Shown here: in pieces, positions 61,829-64,000 of the stretch
How the letters are laid out: every line of letters starts with the position of its first letter
Numbering within the stretch: the first letter of the stretch is position 1
Source: Gammaproteobacteria bacterium
Lineage (GTDB): Bacteria > Pseudomonadota > Gammaproteobacteria > Steroidobacterales > SZUA-146
Reading direction: 5' to 3'
DNA: 64,000 nucleotides
NCBI GenBank assembly: GCA_045107075.1
Contig: JBGCFV010000047.1
Coordinates: forward strand, 17,351-81,350
Position numbers and translations under genes: made by a program
Notes under the pieces: generated by a model
What the model saw: only the letters and a program-made list of their open reading frames with translations
Database searches by the model: none
Told to the model about the DNA's origin: nothing

Positions 61829-62260
61829 TTATTCTTCAGCAGGGGGAGCAAACATGGCAAACAGTTCGGCACCGGTCATATTTTTGGTTTCGTTGGAAAA
61901 GTCATAGTAGTCCGGTTTCGAATCTATGAAGACCTGATGGTCAAAGTCGCAGTCAGCTTCTACGCTTAATAAACCGGCCGGCATGATGTACTGACCGCTT
62001 TCTTTGAGTCGATAAAACATGTGTGTCCCGCAGGTAGCGCAGAAACCTCTTTCGGCCCAATCAGATGAATTGAAAACAGACAGAGTTTCAACGTTTTCAA
62101 AATCCACATCGATACTACAATCAACCCCCATGTAGGGTCCGCCACCCCACTTGCGACAGGTATCGCAATGACACGCGCCGACTTTGAGATCGATGGTATT
62201 GGCTTTGAACTTGACCGCGGCGCAAAGGCACTCGCCTTTACCTTTCATAATTTCGCTCAT
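61829..62260 (-). CDS. GFA family protein (glutathione-dependent formaldehyde-activating enzyme / CENP-V fold)
   Basis: 143 aa with the zinc-binding pattern CLC..CHCDTCRKWGGGP..CATCGTHMF. Confidence 0.8.
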   Translation of the reverse strand: MSEIMKGKGECLCAAVKFKANTIDLKVGACHCDTCRKWGGGPYMGVDCSIDVDFENVETLSVFNSSDWAERGFCATCGTHMFYRLKESGQYIMPAGLLSVEADCDFDHQVFIDSKPDYYDFSNETKNMTGAELFAMFAPPAEE

Positions 62261-62486
62261 GTCAGACTCCTGAATACAATTCGCTTCGTCGTGTTTTGCT
62301 GATTATACAGCACGGCGCTTCACACCCTGAACAGGTGGCCATCCAAGCAATATGGATACACTCGCATTGCATATCAGGCTGAAATTCTCCAGCAGCGACC
62401 GGTCGTGATTTAAAACGCTGCATTTAGCTGAAAGAATTGGCTTTTCGCGGCAGATGCCGTTCATAAAGAAATGGCGCCGCGAGATT

Positions 62487-62906
62487 TTATCGGTGTCGTA
62501 ACTCCTTTCGAATTACAAGCTTCAACGCCGACCAAACATCGTTCACTGCACACACCTTGATGTCGACCAGGCCCAACGGCAAAGCCACCTCCCTGATAGT
62601 GTCTTCTGTCACCTCGGAGGCCATTCCGGAAGACTTCTTTGGCCAAGAGACCCATATCATGCCGTTTTGTGCTATCTCGTTTTGAGCGTTTTTCAAGGTC
62701 GTCGCCAGCTCTCTTTTCGAGCAAGTAAACACGTGCCACATATCGATGTTACTGCGCAACCGATTTGACAGATACAGGTTATCAGGAAGCGGTGAAAGCA
62801 TAGACAAATATTCATTCGGCGCGTTACGGGTTTTAATCCGAAAACTCGCTTTGACACCCAGTTTGTCAACCAGCGCCCGACCGGAATAACCGCTACTTTT
62901 TGACAT
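62487..62906 (-). CDS. hypothetical protein (resembles DUF3052 family from memory)
   Basis: 139 aa. The N-terminus SGYSGRALVDKLGVK and the block GMIWVSWPKK fit my recollection of DUF3052. Confidence 0.5.
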   Translation of the reverse strand: MSKSSGYSGRALVDKLGVKASFRIKTRNAPNEYLSMLSPLPDNLYLSNRLRSNIDMWHVFTCSKRELATTLKNAQNEIAQNGMIWVSWPKKSSGMASEVTEDTIREVALPLGLVDIKVCAVNDVWSALKLVIRKELRHR

Positions 62907-63044
62907 GGTTAAATTCTTCCCTATCCGCCGCCTTTGGAAAACAAATGATTTGGAACTGATACGAGTACACTGCGTGTCTCCGTGCGCCCCATCATCTTCG
63001 GGACAATCGATATTCTATACGAAGAATTCGCGATTAAACGCGCT

Positions 63045-64000
63045 CTAACGCATATCGCTAAATCCAAACAGAGCCATAATATCGGCTACTGAACCATAAG
63101 CCGATGCACTGGCACCCGAGTAATGAACGGCCAAAAGCAGCATCCAAAACGTTATTAGCACCTTCTCATAGGTTCGCAACTCATACCGATAGGACGTGTA
63201 CGGTAGTAGCGTTGCGGTTAGTTTACTGAGCTGATTACGACTGTTTCCAATGAGTCTATAAAGCGGTTTGCCCCAGGAGCCCATACCAATCCAGGAGAGC
63301 CCATAGCCCAGTGGAAACCAGACGGGTGAAGCACGCATGAGCTTGAGTAACGCGGCCCAGCACAGTTCATGCTGACCGTCTCCATCAAAAACCACCCAAC
63401 TATCGTTGTCGCGTAGCAGTTTGTGAGCAGCCTCATCGGTTTGCGCGGCGGCAATACGGCAGCGGCCGAGCATAAAAAACGACGCGAAAATAAAACAAAT
63501 TTTTCGACAGAATCCGCAGGGTTGATCGTAGTAAATTCGAATGTCATGACGCTTGGAAAACACTGACCGTTCGCTAATCCAGTCGAACACGCTGCCCGGC
63601 ACCATTAGTGTTGCAAGCACTAATATCAGACCGTACTCGAATGCCTCAACGCCCGTCTGGGCTCTTATCGCAAAAGCTACCGCGGCTACAAACAGTGTGA
63701 TGAATATCAGACGCAGTGCGCCCAGTGTCGGTAACAGCTGCGCCGCAATAATCGAAAGCCCTGCAACAACAGGCCAACGCGCCTGGCCGACAGATAACGA
63801 CGCGGCAATAACTCCGGCAACGCAACCAAACATAATTAACAACACTGCGACCGTGCCGACCGAAGCATACGAATTGTCGATGACCGGGTAAGCGCCGTCC
63901 TCCAAAGCACCCCGGTCCCTCGCGTCGTCCAAAGAGAAAAAGCGAGCAGTTGGCAAAAAGACGCACAGTAACAGCACCGCACAAATCAACGCATGGTAAC
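63045..64000 (-). CDS. membrane protein with DCC1-like thiol-disulfide oxidoreductase (DUF393) domain; 5' end probably outside window
   Basis: IRIYYDQPCGFCRKICF is the DCC-family CxxC block, preceded by several TM helices. The frame stays open upstream of the TTG at 63989 to the window edge, so the gene is probably truncated by the window. Confidence 0.5.
   Translation of the reverse strand, partial: YHALICAVLLLCVFLPTARFFSLDDARDRGALEDGAYPVIDNSYASVGTVAVLLIMFGCVAGVIAASLSVGQARWPVVAGLSIIAAQLLPTLGALRLIFITLFVAAVAFAIRAQTGVEAFEYGLILVLATLMVPGSVFDWISERSVFSKRHDIRIYYDQPCGFCRKICFIFASFFMLGRCRIAAAQTDEAAHKLLRDNDSWVVFDGDGQHELCWAALLKLMRASPVWFPLGYGLSWIGMGSWGKPLYRLIGNSRNQLSKLTATLLPYTSYRYELRTYEKVLITFWMLLLAVHYSGASASAYGSVADIMALFGFSDMR

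Noticed and set aside
1-64000. Stop-codon reassignment as an explanation for the three in-frame stops (TAG 26816, TGA 27773, TAA 57742).
   Set aside because: All three stop types are involved, and every housekeeping gene in the window ends at a normal stop at the expected length. Pseudogenisation or base-call error is far more likely.
1-64000. A search by eye for CRISPR arrays, tRNA/rRNA genes, transposases, integrases and phage genes.
   Set aside because: No regularly spaced direct repeats, no cloverleaf-compatible sequences in intergenic regions, and no recombinase-like translations were found. Absence is by inspection only, not by tRNAscan or CRISPR tools.

Overview
This 64 kb window looks like a chromosomal segment of a Gram-negative, probably marine gammaproteobacterium. 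That taxonomic guess rests only on gene content and on E. coli-like synteny (rplS-trmD-rimM-rpsP-ffh divergent from ypjD and a CorC-type gene). No search tools were run, so every product call comes from motifs read by eye in the supplied translations.

Housekeeping genes present:
- htpG, preceded by a sigma-32-like promoter
- sppA
- a TatT-associated TRAP transporter
- the rpsP-rimM-trmD-rplS operon and ffh
- radA, ridA, queD
- ribB, preceded by an FMN riboswitch

Accessory blocks lie between these genes. They are rich in exported proteins and signalling genes.

Main observations:
1. Five otherwise unrelated secreted proteins end in the same roughly 95-aa cassette: a thrombospondin type-3 calcium repeat, two dockerin-like EF-loops, and a terminal F-x-PPGPS motif. 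The carriers are a 1330-aa FG-GAP/PKD/beta-propeller/di-haem peroxidase mosaic, a 4x PPC-repeat protein, a divergent subtilase, a 467-aa unknown protein, and a small gene interrupted by an amber codon.
2. One carrier is the last gene of a co-directional cluster: ECF-like sigma, a translationally coupled single-pass membrane protein, an exported TPR-CHAT protein, then the subtilase. Another carrier sits divergently next to an ECF sigma and a TPR Ser/Thr-kinase pair.
3. An SOS island carries two near-perfect LexA boxes. They front a radical-SAM plus DUF4130/UdgX-like glycosylase pair and a FAN1-like VRR-NUC nuclease fused to a DnaQ-type exonuclease. The island abuts a truncated, frameshifted and nonsense-mutated tandem universal-stress-protein gene.
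4. A CHASE2 Ser/Thr kinase, PP2C phosphatase and FHA protein form a three-gene module.

I saw no rRNA, tRNA, CRISPR array, transposase or integrase.
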